Shown here: in pieces, positions 12,078 through 25,124 of the stretch | Layout: every line of letters starts with the position of its first letter | Numbering within the stretch: the first letter of the stretch is position 1 | DNA from: Mobula birostris | Taxonomy: Eukaryota | Reading direction: 5' to 3' | NCBI RefSeq assembly: GCF_030028105.1 | Contig: NC_092379.1 | Coordinates: forward strand, 47,416,150 to 47,480,149 | Length of the DNA: 64,000 nucleotides | The notes under the pieces: generated by a model | What the model was told of the DNA's origin: nothing | The model's input: the letters and a program-made list of their open reading frames with translations, nothing else | Databases searched by the model: none | Translations under genes and position numbers: made by a program

Positions 12078-14690
12078 TAGAAACATAGAAACATAGAAAA
12101 TAGGTGCAGGAGTAGGCCATTCGGCCCTTCGAGCCTGCACCGCCATTTACTATTATCATGGCTGATCATCCAACTCAGAACCCTGCACCAGCCTTCCCTC
12201 CATACCCCCGATCCCCGTAGCCACAAGGGCCATATCTAACTCCCTCTTAAATATAGCCAATGAACTGGCCTCAACTGTTTCCTGTGGCAGAGAATTCCAC
12301 AGATTCACCACCCTCTGTGTGAAGAAGTTTTTCCTAATCTCAGTCCTAAAAGGCTTCCCCTTTATCCTCAAACTGTGACCCCTCGTTCTGGACTTCCCCA
12401 ACATCGGGAACAATCTTCCTGCATCTAGCCTGTCCAATCCCTTTAGGATTTTATACGTTTCAATCAGATCCCCCATCAATCTCCTAAATTCCAACGAGTA
12501 CAAGCCTAGTTCATCCAGTCTTTCTTCATATGAAAGTCCTGCCATCCCAGGAATCAATCTGGTGAACCTTCTTTGTACTCCCTCTATGGCAAGGATGTCT
12601 TTCCTCAGATTAGGGGACCAAAACTGCACACAATACTCCAGGTGTGGTCTCACCAAGGCCTTGTACAACTGCAGTAGTACCTCCCTGCTCCTGTACTTGA
12701 ATCCTCTCGCTATAAATGCCAGCATACCATTCACCTTTTTCACCGCCTGCTGTACCTGCATGCCCACTTTCAATGACTGGTGTATAATGACACTCAGGTC
12801 TCGTTGCACCTCCCCTTTTCCTAATCGGCCACCATTCAGATAATAATCTGTTTTCCTATTCTTGCCACCAAAGTAAATAACTTCACATTTATCCACATTA
12901 AATTGCATCTGCCATGAATTTGACCACTCACCCAACCTATCCCAGTCACCCTGCGTCCTCTTAGCATCCTCCTCACAGCTAACACTGCCACCCAGCTTCG
13001 TGTCATCCGCAAACTTGGAGATGCTGCATTTAATTCCCTCAGCCAAGTCATTAATATATATTGTAAACAACTGGGGTCCCAGCACTGAGCCTTGCGGTAC
13101 CCTACTAGTCACTGCCTACCATTCTGAAAAGGTCCCGTTTATTCCCACTCTTTGCTTCCTGTCTACTAACCAATTCTCTATTCACATCAGTATCTTACCC
13201 CCAATACCGTGTGCTTCAAGTTTGCACACTAATCTCCTGTGTGGGACCTTGTCAAAAGCCTTTTGAAAATCCAAATATACCACATCCACTGGTTCTCCCC
13301 TATCCACTCTACTAGTTACATCCTCAAAAAATATTATGAGATTCGTCAGACATGATTTTCCTTTCACAAATCCATGCTGACTTTGTCCGATCATTTCACC
13401 GCTCTCCAAATGTGCTGTTATCACATCTTTGATAACTGACTCCAGCAGTTTCCCCACCACCGACGTTAGGCTAAGCGGTCTATAATTCCCCGGTTTCTCT
13501 CTCCCTCCTTTTTTAAAAAGTGGGGTTACATTAGCCACCCTCCAATCCTCAGGAACTAGTCCAGAATCTAACGAGTTTTGAAAAATTATCACTAATGCAT
13601 CCACTATTTCTTGGGCTACTTCCTTAAGCACTCTGGGATGCAGACCATCTGGCCCTGGGGATTTATCTGCCTTCAATCCCTTCAATTTACAACACCACTT
13701 CACTACTAACATGAATTTCGCTCAGTTCCTCGATCTCACTGGACCCTCTGTCCCCTACTACTTCTGGAAGATTATTTATGTCCTCCTTAGTGAAGACAGA
13801 ACCAAAGTAATTATTCAATTTGTCTGCCATGTCCTTGCTCCCCATAATCAATTCACCTGTTTCTGTCTGTAGGGGACCTAGATTTGTCTTTACCAGTCTT
13901 TTCCTTTTAACATATCTATAAAAGCTTTTACAGTCAGTTTTTATGTTCCCTGCCAGTTTTCTCTCATAATCCTTTTTTCCTCTTCCTAATTAAGCCCTTT
14001 GTCCTCCTCTGCTGAACTCTGAATTTCTCCCAGTCCTCAGGTGAGCCACTTTTTCCGGCTAATTTGTATGCTTCTTCGTTGGAATTGATACTATCCCTAA
14101 TTTCTCTTGTCAGCCACGGGTGAACTACCTTCCTTGATTTATTCTTTTGCCAAACTGGGATGAACAATTGTTGTAGTTCATCCATGCAATCTTTAAATGC
14201 TTGCCATTGCATATCCACCTTTAAGTGTCATTTGCCAGTCTATCTTACCTAATTCTTGTCTCATATCTTCAAAGTTACCCCTGTTTAAGTTCAGAACCTT
14301 AGTTTCTGAACTAACTATGTCACTCTCCATCTTAATAAAGAATTCCACCATATTATGGTCACTCTTACCCAAGGGGCCTCTCACGACAAGATTGCTAATT
14401 AACCCTTCCTCATTGCTCAAAACCCAGTCTAGAATAGCCTGCTCTCTAGTTGGTTCCTCGACATGTTGGTTCAAAAAACCATCCCGCATACATTCCAAGA
14501 AATCCTCTTCCTCAGCACCTTTACCAATTTGGTTCACCCAATCTACATGTAGATTGAAGTCACCCATTATAACTGCTGTTCCTTTATTGCACACATTTCT
14601 AATTTCCTGTTTAATACCATCTCGACTTCACTACTACTGTTAGGTGGCCTGTACACAACTCCCACCAGCGTTTTCTGCCCCTTAGTGTTA
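12078..14690 (-). mobile_element. CR1 LINE (endonuclease C-terminus plus RT), relatively young
   Basis: ORFs 14193..14594 (MGDFN, LGKSDHN), 13182..13712 (KSPGPDG, QHGFVKGKSCLT), 12156..13112 (VPQGSVLGP, FADD); (tttctatg)n tail. Confidence 0.97.
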
Positions 14691-15539
14691 TGCATACTTA
14701 ATACATACTTGATAATAAATGTACTCTAATTCTTTGCATCCTTGAACTTTTCTTTTTCACACATTTGTTCCATGATTTGTATCCTTTGTTAATGAGTTGT
14801 ATTCTTTGATAATAAATGAAGCTTTGAACCTTTCATTGGTCTTTACGTAGCTGTTGTTTGAGCGACCAGGCTATCTAATCCTCTTGTGGATGAGGTTAGA
14901 TGCCAAAAAGGCAAAGGAACTGGATGAGGTGGGTGAATTTGTCGGCACTGGGAACTCCGGCGGATGGGCCTACTTCCGTGCTGTTTCCCTCTATAACTAT
15001 GGCGCTATGAAATTCCCAGCATAACTGCAGTAAGATGGGCACGACCTCGCAAATTCCTCAGAGGCCCGCACGTTCAAACATGTCCTAAACCACCCATGGA
15101 AGCCATAGAGTCATAAAGCTCGGAAACAGGTCCTTCGGCCAGATTCTCAGTGCGACCAGATATCGGTCGAAGCGAGTCCCATTTATCTTCATTGGGACAA
15201 TATCCCTCTAAACTACATACCTGTCCAAACGCCTTTTTAAGCGTCCTTATTGCACCACTTCCTCTGGCAATCCTTTCTGTGTAATCACCGCCGGTTGTGT
15301 GAAGAAGCTGTCGATCAGTGTTTTTTTTTTAAATCTTTTGCTTCTCAGCATGATCCGATGGCTTCTAATTTTTATCCTTTTCCTAGGAATATGATTTCTA
15401 CATTCAGCATATCTGTTCCCTTCATAATGTTATACATCTTGAAAATGGCACACTTCAGTCTACCATACTCCAAGGAAGAAAGTCAAAGCGAAAGTAAATT
15501 TATATGGCAGTGTGCGTGTATATTACCAAATACTACCTC

Positions 15540-15800
15540 GAGATTTATGTTGCTCAGGGATTTACAGAAAAATAAATATGATAAAAGTTTTGAAAATCTA
15601 TACATAAACAAACGTTGACGACCAATGTCAATGTCAAAACACATTGCGTAAACAAAAAAATAGAACCGAGAACACGAGTTGTAGAGTGCTTGGAATTGAT
15701 TCTGTAGGTTGTCGAATCAGTTCCCAGTCGTGGTGAGCAAGTTATCCACGGTAGTTCAGAAGCCTGATGGTTGTAGGGAAATAACAGTTCTACCCACACT
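15540..15800 (-). mobile_element. Rex1-type 3' tail fragment
   Basis: Same motif as 680-1110 (ttatccacg...cagaagcctgatggtt...aataacagttc). Confidence 0.5.
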
Positions 15801-15859
15801 CTCCATAACCATAAGGCATTTTCATAACCTTTTTTGCATTCTTCCAAGTTTAACAAGGT

Positions 15860-16560
15860 CGTTTCTATACAGGATAACTAAAACAGTACACGGTACTCCA
15901 GGTACTACTTGACAAAATCTTTGCAGTTCTGGTCGCCTCATTATAGGAAGGATGTGAAAGCTTTAGAGAGAGTGCAGAGGAGATTTCCCAGCTTGCTGTC
16001 TGAATTCGAGAGCATGTCTTATGAGAGCGAGCCAGGCTTATTCCCTTCGGAGCAACGGAGGGCATGAGGTGATTTGATAGAGACGTACAAGATGATAAAA
16101 GGCATAGATTGAGAGGACAACCAAAGGCTAGTTCCCACAGCAGAAATGTTTCATATGAGGGGCATTAATCTTAGGTGATTTGTGGAGAGTGTAGGAGGAA
16201 TATCAGAGGTACTGTGGCGACCCACTTTCTAGCACACACGAACCGGCGCGCGCCTGCAGAGAGGTCGGCCCCCAAAAGGGCGCCAGGCTATCTTCACCAG
16301 CAGGGGGGAAATCCCGCGCGCGGGAACGGGAAGGCTTTAAACGAGGCCGCGAAGTCTGAATAAATCTCTTTTATCGCAACCCCAACTCACCGACTACGGG
16401 TCATATTCCAGCGCTGTGTGTAGCACATCGCTACAGTACCGTATTACACACAGAGTGGTAGGTGCGTTGACCGCGCTGGTTGTAGTGGTGCTAGAGACCG
16501 AGAGATTATTTAAGAGATCCTTAGAGAGGCGCGTCGAGGAAAGAAAAGTGGAGGGCTATT
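15860..16560 (+). mobile_element. CR1 3' fragment split by a solo LTR
   Basis: gcagttctggtcgcctcattataggaaggatgtg...; CR1 sequence resumes after 16440. Confidence 0.75.
16213..16435 (+). mobile_element. Solo LTR (223 bp)
   Basis: tgtggcga...tcgctaca inverted ends; GTAC duplication at 16209-12 and 16436-39; internal aataaa. Confidence 0.85.
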
Positions 16561-19084
16561 GGGGAAATGTCGGTGAGATTGATCTTCGAGTATGTCAAAC
16601 GTCGGCACAACATCGTGGTCTGAATGGCATGTACTGCGTTATACTAGCCTCATTATTTTCATTATTGTTCTCAGAACATACAAAACGGAATTGAACCCAA
16701 TCATCGTCGATCCCGAGCATCAGGCAAAGAAGGAGAAGGAGCAGTTCCGATTGCTATTGATATAACCTGAACTGATACCTGGTTGTATCTTAGCGTCAGA
16801 CTTTCTGATACAAGGAGTAACGTTTCTGGCCAATTACAGAAGCCAATCAATAAAGCACAGCAATCATTCATTATCAAACGATTAAGGCGCTTTGTGAGAC
16901 GTGACTTCCTACTGAATTTTACCCTCATTATTATCCCATTCATTCCTCCGGAAAACGCCCATTCCTAACTGTACTCAAACATGCAAGCAGACAAATACCT
17001 CGCACTGAAATGCCAATCACTGTCAAATCAATCTAATTCATATATTAATTTTCATAAATTTTTCCCACACTTTTAATATTAACCTTTCACGCCTGGTCAT
17101 CGGATTTGACTCCCATGAGTTTATAGTGATCCAAATTTTCCACGAATGTCTTAACGATTTCTATGAGTTCTCCAAACAAAATAGCTATCCTATATTTAAC
17201 ATTTTTTTAAATCCCCTGAACCGAGCGGTAGATCAAGAGATCCGTGTTTCCGAAACTCACTGTAAATTTCTGGTCAGAAATGCACCCCATGCCAAATGCA
17301 ACTTTTATTGACATACTTTGCAGTAATGTCGCCACAGGAGTCCAGTCTTTCAACAAAATTTAAAATAAAACCAAGACAAGGTTGTAAGCACTCAACAAGT
17401 GCGACTTCGCCAGTCTTCAACTTTCAGTTTCATCTTCACTCCAGAATTTATCTATTCCCTTTCGAGCAGCAATCTTCTCTCAGATAATTTCAGACGTAAA
17501 GCTACCGTTGAAACCGGAACTGCACCTGCATCATGAATACATACCTTGAACGGTAAAATTCAGACCCAAGTATCGGCAAACGTCCCTCCATCCCACAGTA
17601 TGGTTTTTCTTAAACCACAGCTATTAAGAGCTAGACCTCTATTTACTCAGATAAACGTCGATTTGTTAGTGTCTAAGTGGGCATTGTGTTCTTTGCATGG
17701 AAAATATCTGATGTATAAGCCGCAGAGCGGAAATCTCCCTCGCACCCGGGTGGCGCACTGCCAATTTAACTGAATTAATTTTGAATAAGCATTTTCTAGA
17801 GACTGAAATTCTTGCTGCCTTACATGGGCCATTCAGCAAAAAGGAAACTTTTAATATTTACAACCTATTTTGGTCAAGATAATATGATCTGTTGTATTAG
17901 ATGTAGCTACATCTATTCACGATAAGGTTTGCAAACTTTAATTCTTATTCTAGAAGAAGCATATACTTAAGGCAACGAATCAAGCAGATTAACATAAAAA
18001 GAACATATCCTGTGGATTATTGGATTTCTGGCATAAAGCTGCATTCCTTCTCCATGCAACTAAATTCCTTCTCCCGATTGGACTTTACGTGGCTGCGTCT
18101 GGGCGGCTGAGCATTATTTCAAAGTTTCAACATTTCTTTACATAAGCGATAACATTAAATCAAGCAAAGCAATCCGTAATGCTTGTTATTTCAGCGACAA
18201 TTCACTTTAATCTGCAAATGTTATAAGGTTATTACGGTGGTAGTAACGGTTCGAGTCTGAAAAAGAAATGACGAGTGTTGGAAATGAAAAAAAAAACACG
18301 TTGTAAACACTCAACAAGCCAGGCACCATCAAATGTAAAGAAAAACTGGTAACTTTTTCAGGTCACAGATACTTTGATAAGATTGATAATGATTGTAACT
18401 TAGTAATGTGCTCATTTGCCCTTAAGATCAGCTCATGTCCACTTCATTTACTTGTCCTGCGCTTCAAAAGTGCACTCTGGAGTTGACAGGGGTTCGTTTA
18501 ACCATTATTGTGGTGAGGTAAATAATTCAATCAAGTGAATGTATTCAATGTTGCACATTAATCTGCAGCTACATTTGATAATCCTAGTCAGAACTGAAAC
18601 AATGTCGGTAATTTCTCAATGACGGAAATGCTGATGGAAGTAGCATGTGACAATGCAAAACCCAGTTTAAGATATTCATCGTAGATTTCATCGGTCAGGT
18701 AATTCAGAAGAGCGGGTTTCTGGCAGTGAATCCCCGAATACACTGGCCGGACCTGAGCAAAGGAAGTATGCTGAACATTTTCGGATTAGTATTCGCTATT
18801 AGAATCAGTTTTATGAGATGTAAGTACTGAAATATGAAAGCTTGCACAAGACGGTCATGTTAAGATATGATTAGTTACTGTTAAATTTAATAATGAGTCG
18901 GATAGAGGAACAAAATGTTTCTCATCAAACTGCGATCTGATGTAGGATTTAGATCCAGAACTTCGATAGTTCCTAGCCCCTCCATAGATGTTGCTCCACC
19001 TGTTTAATTCCATTAGAAGATTATTTGTTGCCGTATATTCTCTATGCTCTATAATCTGTAGTATCCTGTGACTCAGAACAGCAA

Positions 19085-19190
19085 ATCTGATGAAGTATGG
19101 TTGCCCTGAAATTTTAAATGTGCTTTTCCTTCACCGGACGCTGCCCGACCGTCTAAATATTCCCAGCATTTTCAGTTTCTATTTTGAACC
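19085..19190 (+). mobile_element. Degenerate PLE-type terminus with a hammerhead remnant
   Basis: CTGATGA (19087) ... GAAA followed by ggacgctgcccgacc...cccagcattttc. Confidence 0.5.
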
Positions 19191-19335
19191 TTGTGTTTTG
19201 TGCAAGGCCCCATCTGGCGCACAACATACAGACCTGGTCACTGCACATCAAGATGATTATATTGCCTTCGGGCGTGGCGCCGGTAGAAAGAGGGACAGCG
19301 CCAGTAGGTATCTTCGCATGGCAGGGAGCGTGGCG

Positions 19336-20850
19336 CAAGGGTGTAGCTATGGGCACTCGCATAGGTCCCAGCTATGCCTGCCTCTTCGTTGGAACAGTCT
19401 GTGCTCCAACCCTATTTTGGTACTGCTCCCCAACTTTTCCTTCGCTACATTGACGACTACATTGGTGCTGCTTCCTGCACCCATGCTGAGCTCGTCAATT
19501 TCATCGACTTTGCTTCTAACTTCCACCCAGCCCCCAAATTCACTTGCTCTATCTCGGACACTTCTCTCCCCTTTCTCGATGTCTCGGTCTCCATCTCTGG
19601 AGACAGACTGTCCACTGACATCTTCTACAAGCCCACTGACTCTCATAACTACCTCGACTATACCTCTTCCCACCCCGCCACCTGCAAGAATGCCATTCCC
19701 TATTCCCAGTTCCTCCGTCTCCGCCGCATCTGCTCCCAGGATGAGGCTTTCCGTTCCAGGACATCTCAAATGTCCTCTTTCTTTGAGGATCGCGGTTTCC
19801 CTTCTGCCTTTATCAATGATGCCCCGTCCCGCATCTCCTCTATTTCCCGCACTTCGACCCTCACCCCATCCTCCCGCCACCGCAACAGGGACAGAGTTCC
19901 CCTGGTCCTCATCTACCACCACACCAGCCTCCGGATCCAGTACATTATCCTCCGCAACTTCCGCCACCTTCAACAGGACCCCACCACTAAGGACATCTTT
20001 CCCTCTCCACCTCTCTCCGCTTTCTGCAGAGATCGTTCCCTCCACGACTCCCTGATCCACACATCCTTCCCCATGGATCTCCTACCCGGCACTTATCCCT
20101 GTAAGCGTAAGTGCTACACCTGTCCCTACACCTCCTCTCTAGCCACCATTCAGGGCCCCAAACAGTCCTTCCAGGTGAGGCAATACTTCACTTGTGAGTC
20201 TGTTGGGGTTATCTATTGCATCCGCTGCGGCCTCCTCTACATCAGTGAAACCCGACGCAGATTGGGGGACCGCTTCGTCGAGCACCTCCGCTCCGTCCGC
20301 CACAACAGACAGGATCTCCGGTTGCCACCTACCTCAACTCTGCTTCATATTCTCATTCAGATATGTCTATAGATGGCCTCCTCTACTGCCATGATGAGGC
20401 TAACCTCAGGTTGGAGGAGTCACACCTCATATACCGTCTTGGTAGTTTCCAGCCCCTTGATATGAACATAGAATTCTCCAACTTCCGGTAATTCCTTCCC
20501 CCTCCCTTCCCTATCCCTATTTCACTCTGCCCCCTCTTCCAGCTGCCTATCATCTCCCTCATGGTTCTGCCTCCTTCTACTACCCACTGTGTTTTCCCCT
20601 ATTCCTTCTTCACCTTTCCTGCCTATCACCTCCCTGCCTCCCCTCCCCCACCCCTTTATCTTTCCCCTTACTGGTTTTTCACCTGGAACCTACCAGCCTT
20701 CTCCTTCCCACCCTCCCCCCACCTTCTTTATAGGGCCTCTGCCCCTTCCCTCTTCAGTCCTGACGAAGGGTTCCGGCCCGAAACGTTGACTGATCGTTTC
20801 CACGGATGCTGCCCGACCTGATGAGTTCCTCCAGCTTGTTGTGAGTGTTG
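19336..20850 (+). mobile_element. Penelope-like retroelement, 5'-truncated (RT C-terminus plus GIY-YIG endonuclease plus terminal repeat)
   Basis: GVAMGTRIGPSYA, FLRYIDD, LPFLDV, YKPTDSHNYL, VIYCIRC..LYISETRRRLGDRFVEH in ORF 19374..20372. Confidence 0.95.
20755..20792 (+). ncRNA. Minimal type-I hammerhead ribozyme, GUU cleavage triplet
   Basis: cagtc-CTGACGA-agggttccggccc-GAAA-cGTT-gactg. Confidence 0.85.
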
Positions 20851-21269
20851 ATTATATTGCCTAGGAGCCGTAGCACAGATTCTGTAGAACCACACCAAGG
20901 CATAGAATAATAGCTGGATGTGGGATGAGGCAATTGATATTTTTGGAACATTAAAACGCATTTCGATAAAGAAATTTCATGAGAAGGAATCATTTCCCAC
21001 ATACACGGAACAAAACGCAAGACATATAAATTTGAAATTACAATTTAAATGAGTGACAATGTTTGCTACAAAAGCTTTAATATATATCTCGAATGTTCCC
21101 CCTCGAAACTGTGAAGCCATTAGTTCATAAAGCTGCACACAGAAGCAGGTCAAACGGCTTAGAAACCCTCTCAACCTTCTCCATCCAAACGGCTGCTGGA
21201 AGAGGAAGTTTCTTTTTACCTTCGCCATAGCTTTTGCTCCATTTTACATATATAGTTCTATATATATAG

Positions 21270-22330
21270 TTCAGTTTCATAGAGTCACACAGGCGAACAG
21301 CAGACAAATGTACCTCCGGCAGGCCATGTCCTTGCTGCCCTACACTAATCCCATTTCCTTATATCAAACGCGTGGGCGTCTGCGCCTTAAAGATTCAAGT
21401 ACTTGTTAAGATGTCGCGTGACTATCTGCCTCCGCCACATTTTCAGGCAGCGCATTGCGGACTGCAATCACGTTGTGTGTGAAATAAAACCCTGATTTCG
21501 CTAAACCTTCTACCTTTCACCTTAAAAATATGGCCGCCTGGCTTGAGCTCACTGATCACAGGGAAATGTACTATCTGTTTCACATATCCTTTTCGTAATT
21601 TTATATACCTCCGTCAGCTCACCCTTCGCCCTCCCTTGCTCCGGGAAAAAAGCACCTAACCTATCCTTACAATTCATTCTCTTCTTATAGCCAAAATATT
21701 GCAAGCTAGGTAAATGTCTCCTCCAACCTTTTCAGCGCTACCCCATCCTTCCTATAATACATCGGCGAGAATTGCACGCAGTGCTCTCGGTGCGGCCTAA
21801 TCGATGTTTTACGAGGTCGTAACATAACACCCAGACTCTTATCGTCTGTGCCACGGACAATGTAATAAAATATTCCAATGGATTTGAACTACAAGATCCC
21901 TCCGTTCATCAATACTCCCTTGGGCTTACCGTTTACTGTGCACGCCCTGCCCTTGTCTGCCCTCCCGAAATGCATAACCTTGCATTTGTCAGGTTAATTT
22001 CAACGTACCACTGTTCCACCCAACTTTCTAACTGCTCTACCACAAGCTGTAACCTTCATTACCATCTAGAACACTTCTAATATTCTTACTGTCTTCAACC
22101 TTGCTTATCATGCCTCCTACATTGACCCCTAACTGGTTAGTGCATATTTTAACCACAACAAGGCTGGCAACAATTGTTATCGGACACGATTGGCCACGGG
22201 TTTGCAATCGGAAAAAAAACCCAGCACTTCCACCCTCTGCTTCCAATTCCCAAGTAAATTTCCGGTCGAGTGCCAGCTTTCCCTAGTTACATAGGTTCTA
22301 ACTCTCTAGATGAGACCACCGTTATTAAAT
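21270..22330 (-). mobile_element. Old, degenerate CR1 fragments
   Basis: Reverse-strand CR1 3' region (catagagtcacacag...cgagaattgcacgcagtgctc...). Confidence 0.6.
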
Positions 22331-22922
22331 GCCTTACTAATTCCTAATGTTGAAAAGTCCTCACCACTGACATGAACACTGATTTGTCCAGCTACAGGAA
22401 CCAATGACCCTGCGGTTTATCAACTTTCTTGTATCCCAAGACATCCATCAGCACTCTCCCCCACCCCCGGACACTAACGTGCTCTAAAGGAAAGCAATCT
22501 CTCACCTTGAATTTTCAGTTAACCATGTCCTATCCAGAGCGGATATGCGTTCTGTATGTCACTGCTTTCAGAGATATCCATCAAGAGGGCACATCAACCG
22601 TCAGCTTTCAAATCGATGGAAAGATTCAGCTTGCTTAAATTTTCAAGATAGGTAACCCTGGTTAAATCTTTGAAATGGAAATTTACCCCGCCTGTCAGAA
22701 TCTTGAAATATGGCGTGGTGATGTTAACCCTTCTTCAAAAGGCAACGATTTATATTCAGGGATTCAATTGCTAATTCGTACACATTTTGACCTTTTATTA
22801 TCATCAGGACTCCAAAGGTTATGGGGCCCTTGGTGCTTAGTATTGTACGTTCCCATATCCGTTAAATACATTTTGGAGACATCTGGTCGTATTTCACCCA
22901 TTAATGATGCTGGTTGTTCTAG

Positions 22923-23193
22923 GTGAGGAAAACCTGGTGCAATCGTCTCCATCGCAAGCTCCCAGCGAGGGGAAGACCATTGTGATGCATTGTGAAGCGA
23001 CCATCCCGTTCTCAGAGATGTATTGGTTTGTGCAGCATCCAGACGAAGCACCGGAATTCCTGATAATGGCGTCGGAGAAGGAAGAATACAGTGGTCAATT
23101 TACAGCTACTCGTCGGAGTTCAGAGAGCCGTAGTTCTTTAACCATCTCGTCCTTACGCCCGACAGACACCGGAACTTACTGCTGTGCAGTACA
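22923..23193 (+). CDS. T-cell receptor V segment (TCR alpha/delta-like), V exon; leader not resolved, may be an ORF or pseudogene
   Basis: Acceptor ttctag then (G)EENLVQSSPSQAPSEGKTIVMHC...MYWFVQHPDEAPEFLI...FTATRRSSESRSSLTISSLRPTDTGTYCCAV: Cys23, Trp41, LTISSL and DxxxYxC V-set motifs; open frame; RSS follows immediately. Confidence 0.9.
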
Positions 23194-23232
23194 CACAGAG
23201 AAGCAAGGGACGTCGGAGTCTGTACAAATACT
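23194..23232 (+). promoter_or_regulatory. 23-bp-spacer recombination signal sequence
   Basis: CACAGAG (23194-23200) + 23-nt spacer + ACAAATACT (23224-23232); consensus is CACAGTG/ACAAAAACC. Confidence 0.9.
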
Positions 23233-24819
23233 AGGTATCCTTCGAGAAAGATTAAACTAGAGGAAACTATCGTCTGTGAGGGAGAAGATTAACAGCCATT
23301 TCCGCAAGCCTTAAGCTGCACTCCTTAAATATCTATCAACAATGAGCTCTGTGGAAACAGGTTGCCCGAAAGTTTTTTCCGCTTTCTTTGTGTTGCTTTA
23401 TCAGCTCTTAAGCCAACCATTACTCATTTAGCCATGTTAAGGTTTCAAGCGAATTCAACGGCGAGTTAAGGTCACTGAATCTCAGTTTGAAGCGTTACAG
23501 TTCACAGAATTGAAATACCACTAATGGACAAACTTTCAAAAGATATTTGGGATCGTACTTACCAGAATAAAACTTATTCAATGACGGTTTATTACCAGGT
23601 GTTATTTTGGCACACCTTTTCATCAAAATTTCATCAGGCTAGTCTGTGTAGTTTAGAGGGTCAGTTAATGTCTATGCGTTCACATATAAACCTGACTTTT
23701 TTTTCTAGAGTGTAATATTTTGCTAACAATATGAGAATAATGTAATAATCAAAAAGATGTGCTCAAAATAGATTCTGACTTGTTTTAATGTACGGAAACG
23801 AGCCTAAGCTGCTGTATTAGCTATTTGAATTGATCTCGAGTTCAGATAACAATCTAATCCAAAGCATTTGTACACATAAGGCATATATTTATGTTGTATT
23901 CGAGTACATTTGAAATGCCACGGCGAGAATTGAACTGCAATATACTATGCTTTATTTGTTGCTGTGCGGATTCTATATTTAGCTATGGAATGCAGCAATG
24001 TATTAGAAGGAGCGTTCGCCCCTCTGCCTATCATTCTGTGATTCGTTGACAAAGGGCAGTGTTCAGTTACGTGCAGTAGATATAACAGTGTATTGGTAGG
24101 TCATTAGCAGGTGTTGGTAAATAATAACAGGTCAGACTAGTACTGGAAAACGGAATTATATTTGAATATGCGAAGGTGAAAGACACACTTGAAGTTTTAA
24201 GACTATAACACAGTAAAATATTTTTGATGAATTAATCTAGAATTTAAAATAAGATACAAAGCAATCAATGAATGATCTCCCTCCCCATTAAAAACAGTGG
24301 ATTTTAAGAGGTAAGATTTGTTTTTAACGTGGCTCGATCGAATTAGTGTTGAGCCTTTGATGTCAGATATAACATCATATTAATAAGCGATATAATTGTT
24401 AAAACACGGACTTAAACTAAAATAGCACGAATTTGCCATGAGTGACAGATGAAGCGAACATGTGGTTAGGGAACAACATGGCTTACTATACTTAAAATGA
24501 TCAGGAGTCGAATTCTGTTAGAAAATAGCATAAAAACCGATAGGTATCGATGGGAGAAAGACCACATCAAGTTTATAGAAATGTAGCACCGGTTTTTTTA
24601 ATTATTAGATTAATTTTTAGGAACTGCGAACCATACAGGCGAACCAACCTGAATCTAAGATACATCATGATTTATTTCCGGTAATTGGCCACGGACTGAA
24701 GATCTTTGAATTATTAGGAATGGCAAAGCTATGGCACGGGAGCCCACAATGGCAGGTACAAACATCTTGTTGGCACCCAGCATGCAGTGCCGCCCCTCGA
24801 TTCTTTAAACCATAATAGA

Positions 24820-25090
24820 AAGGTTCCTCCAAAAGGATAATAACCCTGTCGTGCCTCAATGACCCGGAGAGCTTTTTTGACAGGGCTTTATGTTTTGACT
24901 CTTGGTAGGGTTCACCCATGCTAAACCAGGTCAAAGGGTAGCAGCCAGACTAAGGGTGATCCACCTAAGGTCTAACAACCCTTCCTGGTCAAGCAGAATT
25001 ATTACGAAAACAACGATAAATAATCCATCGGCCAGACGGAAGTGGAAGACGTTCATTGCTGCCGTAACACCAGAGGAAGAAAGATAAGTA
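24820..25090 (+). mobile_element. Non-autonomous, RTE-like fragment
   Basis: ggtagggttcacccatgctaaaccaggtcaaagggtag...gttcattgctgccgtaacacc...taagtaa; family assignment tentative. Confidence 0.4.
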
Positions 25091-25124
25091 ACTAAGATCA
25101 TAGAAAAAATGCTCAATAAGCAAT

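Noticed and set aside
16940-17450. Protein-looking translations downstream of the duplicated block, suggesting a helical cytokine
   Set aside because: Stop density is about what AT-rich random sequence gives, and no family motif could be named.
19090-20060. Long overlapping ORFs 19090..20055 and 19347..20060
   Set aside because: Alternative-frame and antisense shadows of the Penelope RT/GIY-YIG frame.
22785-22812. Minus-strand CTGATGA near the V leader region as a hammerhead
   Set aside because: No stem II or GAAA core follows.
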